DNA of 64,000 bases from NCBI GenBank assembly GCA_963701295.1, contig OY969585.1, forward strand, positions 1,216,001 to 1,280,000, written 5' to 3'. The stretch comes from Ignavibacteriota bacterium. Its GTDB lineage: Bacteria > Bacteroidota > Ignavibacteria > UBA10030. Shown here piece by piece: positions 10,152-21,078 of this stretch. Both the position numbers and the translations under genes were made by a program. A model generated the notes under the pieces. It was not told the DNA's origin. It ran no database searches and saw only the letters and a list, made by a program, of their open reading frames with translations. Every line of letters starts with the position of its first letter. The first letter of the stretch is position 1.

Positions 10152-11894
10152 ATGTTGCGATTCGAACATCCCGAATATCTCTGGTTCCTTCTTCTGATTC
10201 CAGCAATTGGTGCAGGATTCTTTTTCCTGAATATATGGCAGAAGGAACAGGTTCGAAGGTTTGTTGGAAATATTCTCATTGCACAGCTTGCCCCGGAAGC
10301 GAGTTTGGCAATGCGTATCATCAAACAACTGCTCGTTCTTTCGGCTCTCGCCTGTCTGATTCTTACCATTGCGAATCCGCAGGTGGGAACGCGATTAGAA
10401 GAAGTAAAGCGCGAAGGTATCGATCTCTTTGTTGCGCTCGATGTTTCGCTGAGTATGAAATCGGAAGATATTCGTCCGAGCCGGCTGGAAAAAGCGAAGC
10501 GCGATGTATCGGAACTGCTGCGGAAACTTTCTGGTGATCGTGTCGGCATGATTGTTTTTGCCGGCGACGCGTTTGTACAATTTCCGCTTACTACTGACTA
10601 TGCCGCAGCGGATCTATTTCTTTCTGCCATCGATGTGGATGCAGTGCCTATCCCGGGGACGATGATCGGCAGCGCTATTGAAGTCGCTCTTAAATCGTTT
10701 TCCAAAGACGCGCCGACACAAAAAGCAATCGTTGTCGTCTCCGACGGTGAGAATACTGAAGGTGATGTGATGGGCGCAGTAGAAGATGCCAAGAAGGTCG
10801 GTGTGCGAATTTATTCCGTAGGGATGGGAACAACCGATGGAGGTCCAATTCCGATTTATAATCAAAATGGAGAACGCGTCGACTATAAACGCGATCAATC
10901 GGGGAGTATTGTTCTCACTAAACTGGATGAAACAATGCTACAACAAATTGCGTCGACGACCGGAGGAACCTACCACCGGGCAACGAGCGGCGGTAACGAA
11001 ATTGACGACATTTTTAAAGAGCTTTCCTCTCTAGAAAAAGTAGAATTTGGAACAAAACAGATTACAGGATATGAGACGCGATATCAATATCCATTAGCTT
11101 TTGCAATTCTTTTTCTCATTCTCGAGCTCATGCTTTCAGCACGGCGCGGTAAACTGGTTGCTCGTCTTAAAAAATTTCTGCCGGCTGCTGCGGCAATGGT
11201 TTTCGTTGTAATACTCTCAAGAACCTCAACAGCTCAGACAGTTCGTTCGCATGTCAGTGAAGGAAATCGCGTGTATGAAAAGGGTCGCTACACCGATGCA
11301 GAAGTGGAATATAAGAAAGCGTTGGAAAAGAATCCGAAATCGAAAGAAGCGCAATTTAATCTCGGAAATTCGTATTATAAACAGCAGCGTTTTGACGAAG
11401 CTCTTCAGGAATACGGTAACTCTGGTGTGGCAATGAAATCTTCGGAAGAACGGGCTGAAACATATTACAATTTGGGAAACTCGTTGTATCGTTCGAATAA
11501 ATTCCAAGAAGCAGTTGAGGCATACAAACACTCATTAAAAATAAATCCATACGATGACGATACGCGGTACAACCTGCAAATGGCACGTGCAAAATTGAAA
11601 CAGCAGGAACAACAAAAACAGCAGAAGAAAGATCAAAAACAAGACCAGCAGCAAGATCCGAAAAAAGATCAGCAACAACAAAATCAGCAACACAAACAAG
11701 ACCAGAATCAACAACAACAAAAACAAGAGCAAGCGAAACAAGATCAGACACAGCAGCAAGCCCAGAAAAAGAATCAGATGCCGAAGCAAGAAGCTGACCG
11801 CATCTTAGAGGCACTCCGTAACAACGAAAAGGATATTCAAAAGAACCTCCGTAAACGTGAAGCAGTGAAAGTGAAAGTGGAGAAGGATTGGTAG
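10152..11894 (+). CDS. BatB (VWA) - BatC (TPR, Gln-rich) fusion protein
   Basis: RFEHPEYLW, ANPQVG, DVSLSM, SDGE; then TM segments, TPR repeats (YNLGN), Q-rich linker and terminal EKDW. Confidence 0.85.
   Translation: MLRFEHPEYLWFLLLIPAIGAGFFFLNIWQKEQVRRFVGNILIAQLAPEASLAMRIIKQLLVLSALACLILTIANPQVGTRLEEVKREGIDLFVALDVSLSMKSEDIRPSRLEKAKRDVSELLRKLSGDRVGMIVFAGDAFVQFPLTTDYAAADLFLSAIDVDAVPIPGTMIGSAIEVALKSFSKDAPTQKAIVVVSDGENTEGDVMGAVEDAKKVGVRIYSVGMGTTDGGPIPIYNQNGERVDYKRDQSGSIVLTKLDETMLQQIASTTGGTYHRATSGGNEIDDIFKELSSLEKVEFGTKQITGYETRYQYPLAFAILFLILELMLSARRGKLVARLKKFLPAAAAMVFVVILSRTSTAQTVRSHVSEGNRVYEKGRYTDAEVEYKKALEKNPKSKEAQFNLGNSYYKQQRFDEALQEYGNSGVAMKSSEERAETYYNLGNSLYRSNKFQEAVEAYKHSLKINPYDDDTRYNLQMARAKLKQQEQQKQQKKDQKQDQQQDPKKDQQQQNQQHKQDQNQQQQKQEQAKQDQTQQQAQKKNQMPKQEADRILEALRNNEKDIQKNLRKREAVKVKVEKDW
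11599..11780 (+). repeat. Gln/Lys/Asp low-complexity coding repeat in the BatC part
   Basis: KQQEQQKQQKKDQKQDQQQDPKKDQQQQNQQ... encoded by CAA/CAG-rich sequence. Confidence 0.8.
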
Positions 11895-11962
11895 CGTTGA
11901 GCAGCTGACAAAAAACAATAATCTGGACGTTACGAGCCAGCGGCTTAAAGACAAAAAGAAAA

Positions 11963-13807
11963 ATGATAGATCAAGAAAGAAAATATTATCGACATATTAT
12001 AGGCTTTCTCATTGTTCTCTTCTCCGTTGTCTCTCTTCAAGCACAGGACGGCACATTTACTGCAGCAGCGGATCCAATGAGAGTTGCAGCAAGCGAACAA
12101 TTTCAATTAACATTTACATTTAACGGAGGCGATGTCAATAGTGTTCGTAATCTAAAAGCTCCGGACTTCAATCAATTCGTTGTCATTTCGGGACCGAATC
12201 AATCCACAAATATGCAATGGATCAATGGTCAAATGTCAGCTTCGATTGCGTATACATATATTCTCTATGCACGTCAAGCAGGAAAATTTACTATCGGTTC
12301 AGCAACAATTGAGTACAAAGGGAAAGAACTTAAATCGAATGTGATTCAAATTGAGGTCGCACAGGGCAAACAAAAGCAGCAGCAAAAACAACCCGATCAA
12401 CCAAGCGCTGATATTGGTGATAATTTAATTGTGAAAGTCTTTTCCGACAAACAGCGTGTCCGGCTGGGTGAACAATTGATTGTAACGTTCAAGCTGTATA
12501 CACGCGTATCGGTTTCCGGATATGATCTTGCCAAAGCACCGGCGTTTGACGGTTTCTGGGGTGAAGATTTTGATATGCCGAAGCAACCCAACCAAACGAA
12601 TGAAACTCTCAATGGGAAACAGTATCGTTCTGTGGTGATAAAAAAGACTGCGTTGTTTGCGACACAAGCAGGAAATTTGAAGATTGCACCACTCGAAGTT
12701 CGCTGTGCAGTACAAGTGCAAACAAAACGGCGCGGCAATGACCCGTTCGATCAATTCTTCAATGATCCGTTTTTTCAACAAGTTCAGACTGCAAATCTGG
12801 ATGTGAAATCCAATCCTCTTACAATTACAGTTGATCCTCTCCCGATCAATGCGCCGTCTGGGTTTTCGGGTGCTATCGGACGGTTTACATTCAATGCAAG
12901 CGTGGATAAACACAGTGTGAAGGCAGGTGATCCCATCACGTTGAAGGTAGCTGTATTGGGTTCCGGCAACATCAAATTAGTGACACTCCCCAAACCACAA
13001 TTACCTGCCGATATCGAATCATACGAACCGAAAATTTCAGAAGATATTTCGCGCGATGGCGGTATCATTCGTGGAAAGAAAACGGCTGAGTATCTGCTCA
13101 TCCCACGCAATGCTGGTCAGCGTGTTCTCGAGCCGATGCTGTTTGTTTATTTCGATCTTGACAGGAAAGAATATATTACACTTCATTCTCCGCAGTTCGA
13201 GTTTTCCATTGAACAGGGTAAAGAGTATTCCGGCAGTAGCGTCAGTAGTATATCGAAAGAAGATGTTCGGATGCTCGGTGAAGATATTCGTTTTCTCAAA
13301 CTTTCTATCGGAACTCTCCAGCAGAAAAATGAAACAGGCTCTTCAGAATGGTCCGTGTTTGCTATGGTGTTGCCACCATTGATATTTACCGCAGCATGGT
13401 TCTTCCGCAAGCGGATGGAAAAAATCTATGGTGATATGCCGAGGCTTCTGTTTGAGACAGCAGGACGTGAAGCATCGCACCGCCTCAAGAAAGCACGTGC
13501 GCTCCTTGAACAGGGAAACACCGAAAGTTACCATGCAGAGATTCTCATAGCGTTGACAGAATACCTTGAGCATAAACTCAGAACTGCGAAAGCCGACTTT
13601 GTCATGGATACGGCAGTTATACAATTGCAGAAGCGCGGTGTGAAGGAAGAAGTGATTCAATCCTTAAAAACATGTATGGAACGTGCAGAATTTGTTCGTT
13701 TTGCACCGGGTTCCGATACGACCGAAACGCGAAAGGAATTGCTCGATGTTGCTGCTGGCGCCATCAATGGTATTGAACAGACTTTTAATAAGCGAGGTGC
13801 GTCATGA
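11963..13807 (+). CDS. batD: BatD family protein
   Basis: Signal peptide, SGPNQSTNMQWING, DPFDQFFNDPFF, FSGAIGRF, GSGNIK, C-terminal TM; operon position. Confidence 0.88.
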   Translation: MIDQERKYYRHIIGFLIVLFSVVSLQAQDGTFTAAADPMRVAASEQFQLTFTFNGGDVNSVRNLKAPDFNQFVVISGPNQSTNMQWINGQMSASIAYTYILYARQAGKFTIGSATIEYKGKELKSNVIQIEVAQGKQKQQQKQPDQPSADIGDNLIVKVFSDKQRVRLGEQLIVTFKLYTRVSVSGYDLAKAPAFDGFWGEDFDMPKQPNQTNETLNGKQYRSVVIKKTALFATQAGNLKIAPLEVRCAVQVQTKRRGNDPFDQFFNDPFFQQVQTANLDVKSNPLTITVDPLPINAPSGFSGAIGRFTFNASVDKHSVKAGDPITLKVAVLGSGNIKLVTLPKPQLPADIESYEPKISEDISRDGGIIRGKKTAEYLLIPRNAGQRVLEPMLFVYFDLDRKEYITLHSPQFEFSIEQGKEYSGSSVSSISKEDVRMLGEDIRFLKLSIGTLQQKNETGSSEWSVFAMVLPPLIFTAAWFFRKRMEKIYGDMPRLLFETAGREASHRLKKARALLEQGNTESYHAEILIALTEYLEHKLRTAKADFVMDTAVIQLQKRGVKEEVIQSLKTCMERAEFVRFAPGSDTTETRKELLDVAAGAINGIEQTFNKRGAS

Positions 13808-14568
13808 AACGAGCTCAATGGATTCTCATTGCCGGATTCAATGTCTTGCTCGTGAGCCCGGGATGGGCGCAAACTCCGGGAGATGTATTCAATCGCGGAA
13901 ATGAATTGTATCGCGCAGGGAAGTATCAAGATGCGGCAAAAGAATATGAACATATCATCAAACAAGGATACTCAAGCGCTGAACTCTATTATAATCTTGG
14001 CAACGCGTATTATCGGGATGAACAGCTTGCACGAGCAATTCTCTCTTATGAACGCGCCGCTCAATTACATCCGAACGATCCCGACATCATGCACAATCTT
14101 AAGCTCGTGTATCTTAAAACCATCGATCGCATCGAACCGGTGCCGGAAATGTTCTTTATTCAATGGATGCGCGTCGTTGGTTCTCTGATATCGCCAGAAA
14201 CAGTGCGATTTCTCTTTATTCTGAGTTGGGTACTGCTCTTTGGATCGCTTGCAACGATGTACTTCATTTTGCGGTCAGATATCCTTCGTGTTGCTCGGAT
14301 TATATTCTTCGTGTCCTTCGTATCGGCCGTTCTCTGGGCAACAATGTTGGGCATTCAGTCATTTCAGGAGACAACACAGGATAAGGCAATTATCACTGTA
14401 CAGATTGTCACTGCAAAGTCATCCCCAGACGATAAAAGCGTTGATGCATTTGTTATTCATGAAGGTGTGAAGGTGAAACTCACTGATGTAGTTGGTGATT
14501 GGGTGAAGATCATACTGGTCGATGGAAAAGTTGGTTGGATTCCTGCGGATCAGTGCGAACGAATATAA
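13804..14568 (+). CDS. batE: BatE (TPR + SH3) protein
   Basis: LYYNLGNAYY, AILSYERA, two TM helices, IHEGVKV...DGKVGWIP SH3b tail. Confidence 0.88.
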   Translation: MKRAQWILIAGFNVLLVSPGWAQTPGDVFNRGNELYRAGKYQDAAKEYEHIIKQGYSSAELYYNLGNAYYRDEQLARAILSYERAAQLHPNDPDIMHNLKLVYLKTIDRIEPVPEMFFIQWMRVVGSLISPETVRFLFILSWVLLFGSLATMYFILRSDILRVARIIFFVSFVSAVLWATMLGIQSFQETTQDKAIITVQIVTAKSSPDDKSVDAFVIHEGVKVKLTDVVGDWVKIILVDGKVGWIPADQCERI

Positions 14569-14707
14569 AAAAATCTGTCGAACAGTGTCGTCAGAAATTT
14601 TATTTCGGCAATAAAATAAAAAGTGTTAAGAGAAAACTCTTAACACCTCTTATCAAAAAAACCACTTCTAATACTTTCACGGCATATTTGAGTGAAGGAG
14701 GAAAATT

Positions 14708-16069
14708 CTATCCAAGCGCATGTTTTATCGTCGCTTCCAAGGATTCCTTCGTAAACGGTTTCGGGAGATATGCTTTCACACCGAGTTGTTTAGCGCTTCT
14801 GACGAAGAACTCTCCTTCCATCGAACTCATTAACACAAACGCAACGGATCTTAGTTTTTCTCCATACGCGCCCGCCGCGATCTTTTCGTAGAATGTGAAA
14901 CCGCTCATAACACCGGCGCCAAGATTTACGTCGCTGATAATGAGAGAAGGCGAAACCTTTCCCATTTCCGTCAACGCACTTTCTGCATTAACTGCTGTGA
15001 TAACATTGAGGTATGTTTTCCTAAGAATGTGCTCGACATATTTGCGGATAGAGGGGTCGTCATCAATGACAACGATGACAGCGGTCTCATCCGGCAGTCC
15101 TAATTCTTTCTTAATTCGCTTGGTAATAGAAGCGTGTTCATCATCCGAAATCTTAAAGAACTGCTGGAGGTTCTTGAGATGTATGGAGTCTTCATCCGAG
15201 GGTTTACCGGTTTGCCAAAGTGTTCGTACCGCATCAATATAAGCACTCACCTGTACCGAGCGCTCTACTTCCATATGTTCTGTATCGCTGATGGAGAAGG
15301 AAATTTTTAGGGATTGAAGAAGCGAGGACTGCATTTCTGCTGGAACAGCAAGTTGTATCATCAGCTTCATGAGTGTCCGGTAGGCATCAATTTCTTGTTG
15401 TTTTGCTTTCTCTCGCTCGCGTTCTAAAAGAGTATTGCGCTCTTCTTCCATCTGCTGCATCAGTTCTTCCTGCGCACGTTTTTGTTCCTCTTTCATCTTG
15501 AGAAATGCCTCATCCTGAATTTTTTTCCGTTCAGCCTCAGCTTGGATTATTTCTGTTCCAGTAGCAGTGCCAACAAAAGATGTTCCTGATGCTGCTTGTT
15601 GAATTTGCACAATCAGCCTTTTTTCAAGTTCCTCAATGCGCCGTGCCGTATCTTTTTCAATCGCGTTCAAATCCTTATGCGCCCCCTCTTGCACTTCATT
15701 CACGGATGCTTTACGGGCACGATCTTCCAATACCTGTTCTGTTTTGTCTTCCTGCTTTCGTTTTTGATTCTCAAGTTCTTGTTGTTTATAGAATTCTTTG
15801 AGGCGGCGCTTGACTTCCTGATCCACCTGTTCAGCGGCCTGTTGTTTTGCTTCACGCACGGCAACCTCACGTTCTTTCTCCATCATCATGATGAGAATGC
15901 GTTCTTCATATGCGCGCGCGTAGACGTTTTTAATGTCAAACTCATAAACTTTGCGGATATGATCCAATGCATCATCAAGCTTCTTTGCTCTCACGTCTTC
16001 GTCCACTTGACGCAATAAAGCAGATACACGTGCCGTTCGTTCTTCAGGTTTTAATGCAGGTATAGACAT
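14708..16069 (-). CDS. Orphan response regulator with long coiled-coil N-terminus and C-terminal receiver domain
   Basis: VVIDDD, IISDVNL, LMSS and YLPKPF receiver motifs at C-terminus; E/K/Q/R-rich helical N-terminus. Confidence 0.8.
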   Translation of the reverse strand: MSIPALKPEERTARVSALLRQVDEDVRAKKLDDALDHIRKVYEFDIKNVYARAYEERILIMMMEKEREVAVREAKQQAAEQVDQEVKRRLKEFYKQQELENQKRKQEDKTEQVLEDRARKASVNEVQEGAHKDLNAIEKDTARRIEELEKRLIVQIQQAASGTSFVGTATGTEIIQAEAERKKIQDEAFLKMKEEQKRAQEELMQQMEEERNTLLEREREKAKQQEIDAYRTLMKLMIQLAVPAEMQSSLLQSLKISFSISDTEHMEVERSVQVSAYIDAVRTLWQTGKPSDEDSIHLKNLQQFFKISDDEHASITKRIKKELGLPDETAVIVVIDDDPSIRKYVEHILRKTYLNVITAVNAESALTEMGKVSPSLIISDVNLGAGVMSGFTFYEKIAAGAYGEKLRSVAFVLMSSMEGEFFVRSAKQLGVKAYLPKPFTKESLEATIKHALG

Positions 16070-16252
16070 ATATAATTCTCCTGTATGAAATTATCCATAC
16101 GAAAGTAGACGAATTTAGTAAAAGAGTCAACTTTTGCGTGTAAAAGATCTATGAACAAACTTACAAGACCGGGATATTCCACTTCTATGTTCAAATTCAT
16201 AATAGTTATCCACTCTTGACAAGATTAGACTTCTTTTGATCTACGATGACTA

Positions 16253-17419
16253 TTACTCCTCGATAAATCGACGCAGTTGCTGGATGGAATCCTCGAAAAG
16301 GCGCGAAATCGGCAGAAGGCTAATCACAATGCATGATTTTTGTTCCATGTCAAAAAAATGTCCTGGTTGTACGAGAATGTTTTGGTGAGTAAGAATTTCT
16401 TCTGCCCAATTGTCGTCACTGTACTTTTGAGGAAGCTGAAGAATGGCAGACCACCCGCCTTCGACTCGAAGCACCGACGTACTTGAGTCTGTAAATATTC
16501 TTTGCAATAGTTGGTAATTCGTCTGAATTCGCAAGTGAATTTGATTTCTGACGTCTGAAGAAGAACGAAGAAGTTTTGGAAGTGCAACTTGTACAGGTGT
16601 ATTAACCGAGAGAAATGTGTCGGCAATAATATCAAGTCGATTGAGCACTTCCTCTCTTTGTTTAAGATTGCCATTCACAACAATCCATGAGAGTTTGAGT
16701 TGAGGAAGACCTAAAAGTTTTGAAATGCCGTTCAATGAGAACAACGGTACAAAAGATTGATAGGTCACAATGTTTGTGAAGTGCGCCTCTGGAGAAATAT
16801 CATACGATCCGAAGACTTCATCGGCAATGAGAGAGGAGCGATACTCAGAAGCAAGCGAACATATCTGGTCAAATTCATTCTGTTTGAGGTACGAACCTGT
16901 GGGATTGTTTGGATGAACAAGAACTATAGCTCTTGTCCTATCTGAGAATTGTGCTTGAAGAGATGCAAAGTCAATGTGCCATTCACCATCGTACGCGAGT
17001 CGATAATATCGGAGTGTGATATCGTTCAATTGACTCAGATATTCAAATAACGGATAGCTTGGTTGAGGGACCACGACCTCATCGCCGACATTGCAGAGGA
17101 GTTTGAAGAGAAATGAATATGCTTCACTCGTGCTTGATGTAAGTATAATTTGTTCAGGTGTTATAACAATACGATGCACGGCGTAATATTCCGCTATAGC
17201 TTTTCGAGCGCTGAGAAGTCCGCGCGGTTCAGGTTGGTACGCTAATACGGAAGGTTCGGTAAACGCACTAAGAATTTCTTTTCTTGGATAAGAGAATTCG
17301 CATTTTGTGGGGTTCGACTCGGTAAGATCGATAATCGATTCTCCTCGAAGGTGTTTCTCTGTTGCTAAGCCAGAGAGCCGGTTGGGAGTAGTATTCCAAT
17401 CTGTGCGCGACGAGAACAT
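16253..17419 (-). CDS. PLP-dependent aminotransferase class I/II
   Basis: PQPSYPLF, HPNNPTG, IADEVF, NGISKLLGLPQLKLSW. Confidence 0.88.
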   Translation of the reverse strand: MFSSRTDWNTTPNRLSGLATEKHLRGESIIDLTESNPTKCEFSYPRKEILSAFTEPSVLAYQPEPRGLLSARKAIAEYYAVHRIVITPEQIILTSSTSEAYSFLFKLLCNVGDEVVVPQPSYPLFEYLSQLNDITLRYYRLAYDGEWHIDFASLQAQFSDRTRAIVLVHPNNPTGSYLKQNEFDQICSLASEYRSSLIADEVFGSYDISPEAHFTNIVTYQSFVPLFSLNGISKLLGLPQLKLSWIVVNGNLKQREEVLNRLDIIADTFLSVNTPVQVALPKLLRSSSDVRNQIHLRIQTNYQLLQRIFTDSSTSVLRVEGGWSAILQLPQKYSDDNWAEEILTHQNILVQPGHFFDMEQKSCIVISLLPISRLFEDSIQQLRRFIEE

Positions 17420-17561
17420 TTCTTAAAACCAGAAATAAATAGGGGTTAGAATATAGGAAATAGAATAAATTAACAATCAAAGATTAAATAAAATCGATCG
17501 CATATGAGCTGTTGAAACAATTACCAGATCTTCGAATTACCAAATCATTCAATTTTAAATT

Positions 17562-19412
17562 TTATTCTTCTATGATTTCTGCTTTTTTCTTGGATATACG
17601 GTTACGCTCATTGTGGTCAAGATATTTTTTACGAAGACGTATGGACTTAGGAGTCACTTCCACGTACTCATCTTCTCCAATCCATTCGATTGCTTGTTCG
17701 AGCGAAAGCCTCCGCGGTGGTTCAAGCCGTACTGCCTCATCAGAACCGGAAGCACGCATATTTGTTAATTGCTTTGTTTTACAAACATTGACAACCATAT
17801 CGTATTCGCGCGAATTTTCTCCGACGATCATACCGGCATAGACTTTAATACCAGGCTCAATAAAAAAGGTAGAACGTTCCTGCAATTTCCACATTCCATA
17901 TGCAACGGAATCGCCGTTCTCTAACACTATCAATGAACCGCGTGTTCTGTGCGCAAGTTCGCCTTTGAACGGTTCATATCCTCGAAAAATGTGGTGCAGA
18001 ATGCCGGTGCCTTTTGTCTGTGTCATGAACTCTGAACGAAATCCGATCAACCCGCGTGCAGGAACAAGAAATTCAAGACGCGTGTTGCCTTGACTTTGAA
18101 GCATGTGCCGCATTTCGCCCTTACGCTTACCGAGATTCTCTATAACAACACCGACGTGTTCATCCGGTACATCAATAATGACGTGTTCAATCGGCTCGCA
18201 GACGACATCGGCGATGCGCTTGAGAATGACTTCGGGGCGCGAGACCTGAAACTCGTACCCTTCACGCCGCATCGTTTCGATGAGAATACCAAGATGTAAT
18301 TCACCTCTGCCGCTTACTTTGAATACATCAGGAGAGTCTGTTAATTCCACCCGTAAGCTGACATTAGAACGTAATTCTTTTGCCAATCGTTCACCTAGGT
18401 GACGCGTGGTTATATATTTTCCATCGAGTCCAGCAAATGGCGAGTTGTTCACGATAAAGTTCATCGAAAGTGTCGGCTCTTCGATAGCAACAAATGGCAG
18501 CGGGGTTGGGTCCGATGCATCGGCAATGGTTTCGCCGATATCAACGTCTTCCATTCCAGCAACGGCGATGATATCGCCCGTACCGGCTTCTTCTACCTCG
18601 ATGCGCTTCAGTCCTTGAAATGTATATATCTTTGTCACGCGTGCATCTTCCACTAATCCATCTCGATGAACAATTTTCATCGGTCCGCCGAGACGAATCT
18701 TGCCGCGCGATACTCGACCAATGCCAAGACGACCAAGATAGTCGTTGTAATCGATTGTGGTCACAAGCATCTGAAACGGACCAGTAGGATCTCCGGCAGG
18801 CGAGGGAACACGATTGATAATTGCTTCAAAGAGCGGTTCAAGATTTGTGCTTTCTTGATCCATTTCGTTTTTAGCAATTCCTTGTTTTGCAATGCAATAA
18901 ATCGTGGGAAAATCCAACTGCTGATCGTGCGCCCCGAGCGAGAGGAATAGTTCAAATACCTCATCCAGTACCTGATGCGCACGTGCATCTTTTCTATCAA
19001 TCTTGTTGATGACGACAATGGGACGGAGATCGAGATCGAGGGATTTTTTTAGCACGAACTTAGTACCCGGTAACGGTCCTTCAGCAGCATCAACCAATAG
19101 AAGAACACCATCGACCATCTTGAGTGTGCGTTCCACCTCACCGGAAAAATCAGAATGGCCTGGAGTGTCCACAATATTGATTTTATAAATTTCACTTGTC
19201 TTCGGATTTTTGTACATCACTGCGGTGTTCTTGGCGAGAATCGTAATGCCGCGTTCTTTTTCTAAATCATTGGAATCCATCACGCGCGTGCCCATATCCT
19301 GATTGGCACGGAACGTTCCTGTCTGTCTCAGCATAAAATCCACGAGTGTCGTCTTGCCATGGTCAACATGCGCGATAATGGCGATGTTGCGTATATTTTT
19401 GATTTCTTGCAT
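17562..19412 (-). CDS. typA: Translational GTPase TypA/BipA
   Basis: [62 protein letters not shown]. Confidence 0.97.
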   Translation of the reverse strand: MQEIKNIRNIAIIAHVDHGKTTLVDFMLRQTGTFRANQDMGTRVMDSNDLEKERGITILAKNTAVMYKNPKTSEIYKINIVDTPGHSDFSGEVERTLKMVDGVLLLVDAAEGPLPGTKFVLKKSLDLDLRPIVVINKIDRKDARAHQVLDEVFELFLSLGAHDQQLDFPTIYCIAKQGIAKNEMDQESTNLEPLFEAIINRVPSPAGDPTGPFQMLVTTIDYNDYLGRLGIGRVSRGKIRLGGPMKIVHRDGLVEDARVTKIYTFQGLKRIEVEEAGTGDIIAVAGMEDVDIGETIADASDPTPLPFVAIEEPTLSMNFIVNNSPFAGLDGKYITTRHLGERLAKELRSNVSLRVELTDSPDVFKVSGRGELHLGILIETMRREGYEFQVSRPEVILKRIADVVCEPIEHVIIDVPDEHVGVVIENLGKRKGEMRHMLQSQGNTRLEFLVPARGLIGFRSEFMTQTKGTGILHHIFRGYEPFKGELAHRTRGSLIVLENGDSVAYGMWKLQERSTFFIEPGIKVYAGMIVGENSREYDMVVNVCKTKQLTNMRASGSDEAVRLEPPRRLSLEQAIEWIGEDEYVEVTPKSIRLRKKYLDHNERNRISKKKAEIIEE

Positions 19413-19601
19413 TCTTCCTCAGAGAAAATAAAAATGCCTCAGTCTCGAATTGCTTCCTGAGGCATAAGTAAGATACGGAATTTTCATGAGAAATGGAAAT
19501 TGAGAAAGACTCTCAAGATTTCTCTATGATAGAACAGGTGAATCTATTAAAAAAGTGGTCCTTATGCATGACCAAGCTCTTAGAAACAAATCGATGAGTT
19601 T

Positions 19602-20621
19602 TTATCGAAATGAAATGCCAACACCGATCGCTGCAACTGGTGTCTTCGCAAAGCTGTAATCAGCATGTAAGTTTACGATAGCCAACAATAATCGAAGTCC
19701 AAAGGTTGCTCTGGATTTGTCTTCTCCGGTGAAACTTTGCCCTGGGATTGAAAAATCTATCGGTGTCCCACCCATGATACTCAGACTACTTGTTATCGTG
19801 TTCAGCATGAATGAGGCTTTTTCCACCTGCACACCACCATACAATGTGAGGAATAAGAACCGCTTACTTACTTCAATACCGAAGGCTGTGCCAGTCGCAT
19901 TGAAGATATCATTATCGTTTTTCGATTTAAAATTCATTTTCTGAGTCATGAAGTGAATGGCAATATGCGCTGGCAACTTTCGAAGAAACTGATCAAGATT
20001 ATAACGGAGACCAAAACCCATATAGTTGAAATTACCGGCATCGCCGGCTGAAACTGTCGGAATAAATCTCATAAGTACTTCCAAACCGAATGGCAGGCCA
20101 ATTGCCGCTTGAGGCATAGGTAACGGGACTGCAGGAAGATCAAATCCGTTTGGAATTTGAAAAATGACATCGCTGCCTCCGTTTGCTGCTTTATATGTAT
20201 TATAGTAAATACTTGAAGATTTCATTCTCACATAATATTTCGTGTTCTTATCACCAACGGCTGTCGGTACACCGGTAACAACACTATCATAATCTTGTCC
20301 GGCATGAAGCTGCACAGCCCCATTGTTGATATTGATAAAATCCGGTGTTATAAAATCATATTTTTTGTCACTAGCCGTGATGAAAGAAAAACCAACTTTA
20401 ACGCCCACATCAAAGCCGAGAACACCATGCAAATCTGCGGAGTGATAAAATCCCGAATTTAAGTCGGCAGCAAATCCATTGAAAATCGGATTCACATAAT
20501 TTTTTACATTCAAAGCGCCCACCCTGCTTAATTCCGCAGACAAATCTTGAGCAACAACAAAGCTGCTGATTGTAGTAATAACGCATACAACTGCCAAAAG
20601 ATATCGTACAATAGATTTCAC
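19602..20621 (-). CDS. Putative outer-membrane beta-barrel protein (DUF6588-like)
   Basis: Signal peptide, LNSGFYHSA, PMPQAAIGLPFGLEVLMRFIP, alternating beta strands, C-terminal ISFR. Confidence 0.65.
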   Translation of the reverse strand: MKSIVRYLLAVVCVITTISSFVVAQDLSAELSRVGALNVKNYVNPIFNGFAADLNSGFYHSADLHGVLGFDVGVKVGFSFITASDKKYDFITPDFININNGAVQLHAGQDYDSVVTGVPTAVGDKNTKYYVRMKSSSIYYNTYKAANGGSDVIFQIPNGFDLPAVPLPMPQAAIGLPFGLEVLMRFIPTVSAGDAGNFNYMGFGLRYNLDQFLRKLPAHIAIHFMTQKMNFKSKNDNDIFNATGTAFGIEVSKRFLFLTLYGGVQVEKASFMLNTITSSLSIMGGTPIDFSIPGQSFTGEDKSRATFGLRLLLAIVNLHADYSFAKTPVAAIGVGISFR

Positions 20622-21078
20622 AAAAAAGTTCCTTATGATGTCAAAGTATAAATGATATTTGTAAAAGAGGTTCTCTTATGTTAAAGATCTATTTTTTAAT
20701 TATCTATAAATAGTAAGATAAGAGAAGATATCCCAAAAGCAATGCTTATGGAGAGACCTTAATAAACTTTGAGTATCATCTCATCACTAATCCCCTAAAA
20801 TCCCTATGCAACAACAGTACAAATTCTTGAACTGCTCTTCAATAACACATTATGCTCCTCCAATAGATGTGTAACGATGTGCACTAATACAGCAACGAAA
20901 AGCTATTACAGTAATACTTATAGAGGAAAGGTTGAAGATAAAATATACTTCTTTTGGAGAATTTGTGTTTTTCTTCTATCTTACTTATATGTGAAAGGGG
21001 GATGGCTCTTCCTATTTTGGCAACTGATGCCGGTCAGAGTGAGTAGTCCCCAATAAATATTATCTAAAGGAGTATTGT

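Noticed and set aside
11599-11780. Tandem repeat or CRISPR-like array
   Set aside because: It is an irregular Gln-codon low-complexity coding region with no repeat-spacer periodicity
19434-19466. Hairpin plus U-tract before typA as a riboswitch or attenuator
   Set aside because: It is a single stem with no aptamer or alternative fold, and could simply be a terminator or 5' stabiliser
20997-21036. Fluoride riboswitch (GGGGATGG...CTGATG resemblance)
   Set aside because: The sequence after CTGATG cannot form the pseudoknot with the loop, P2 is missing, and the downstream gene is not fluoride-related
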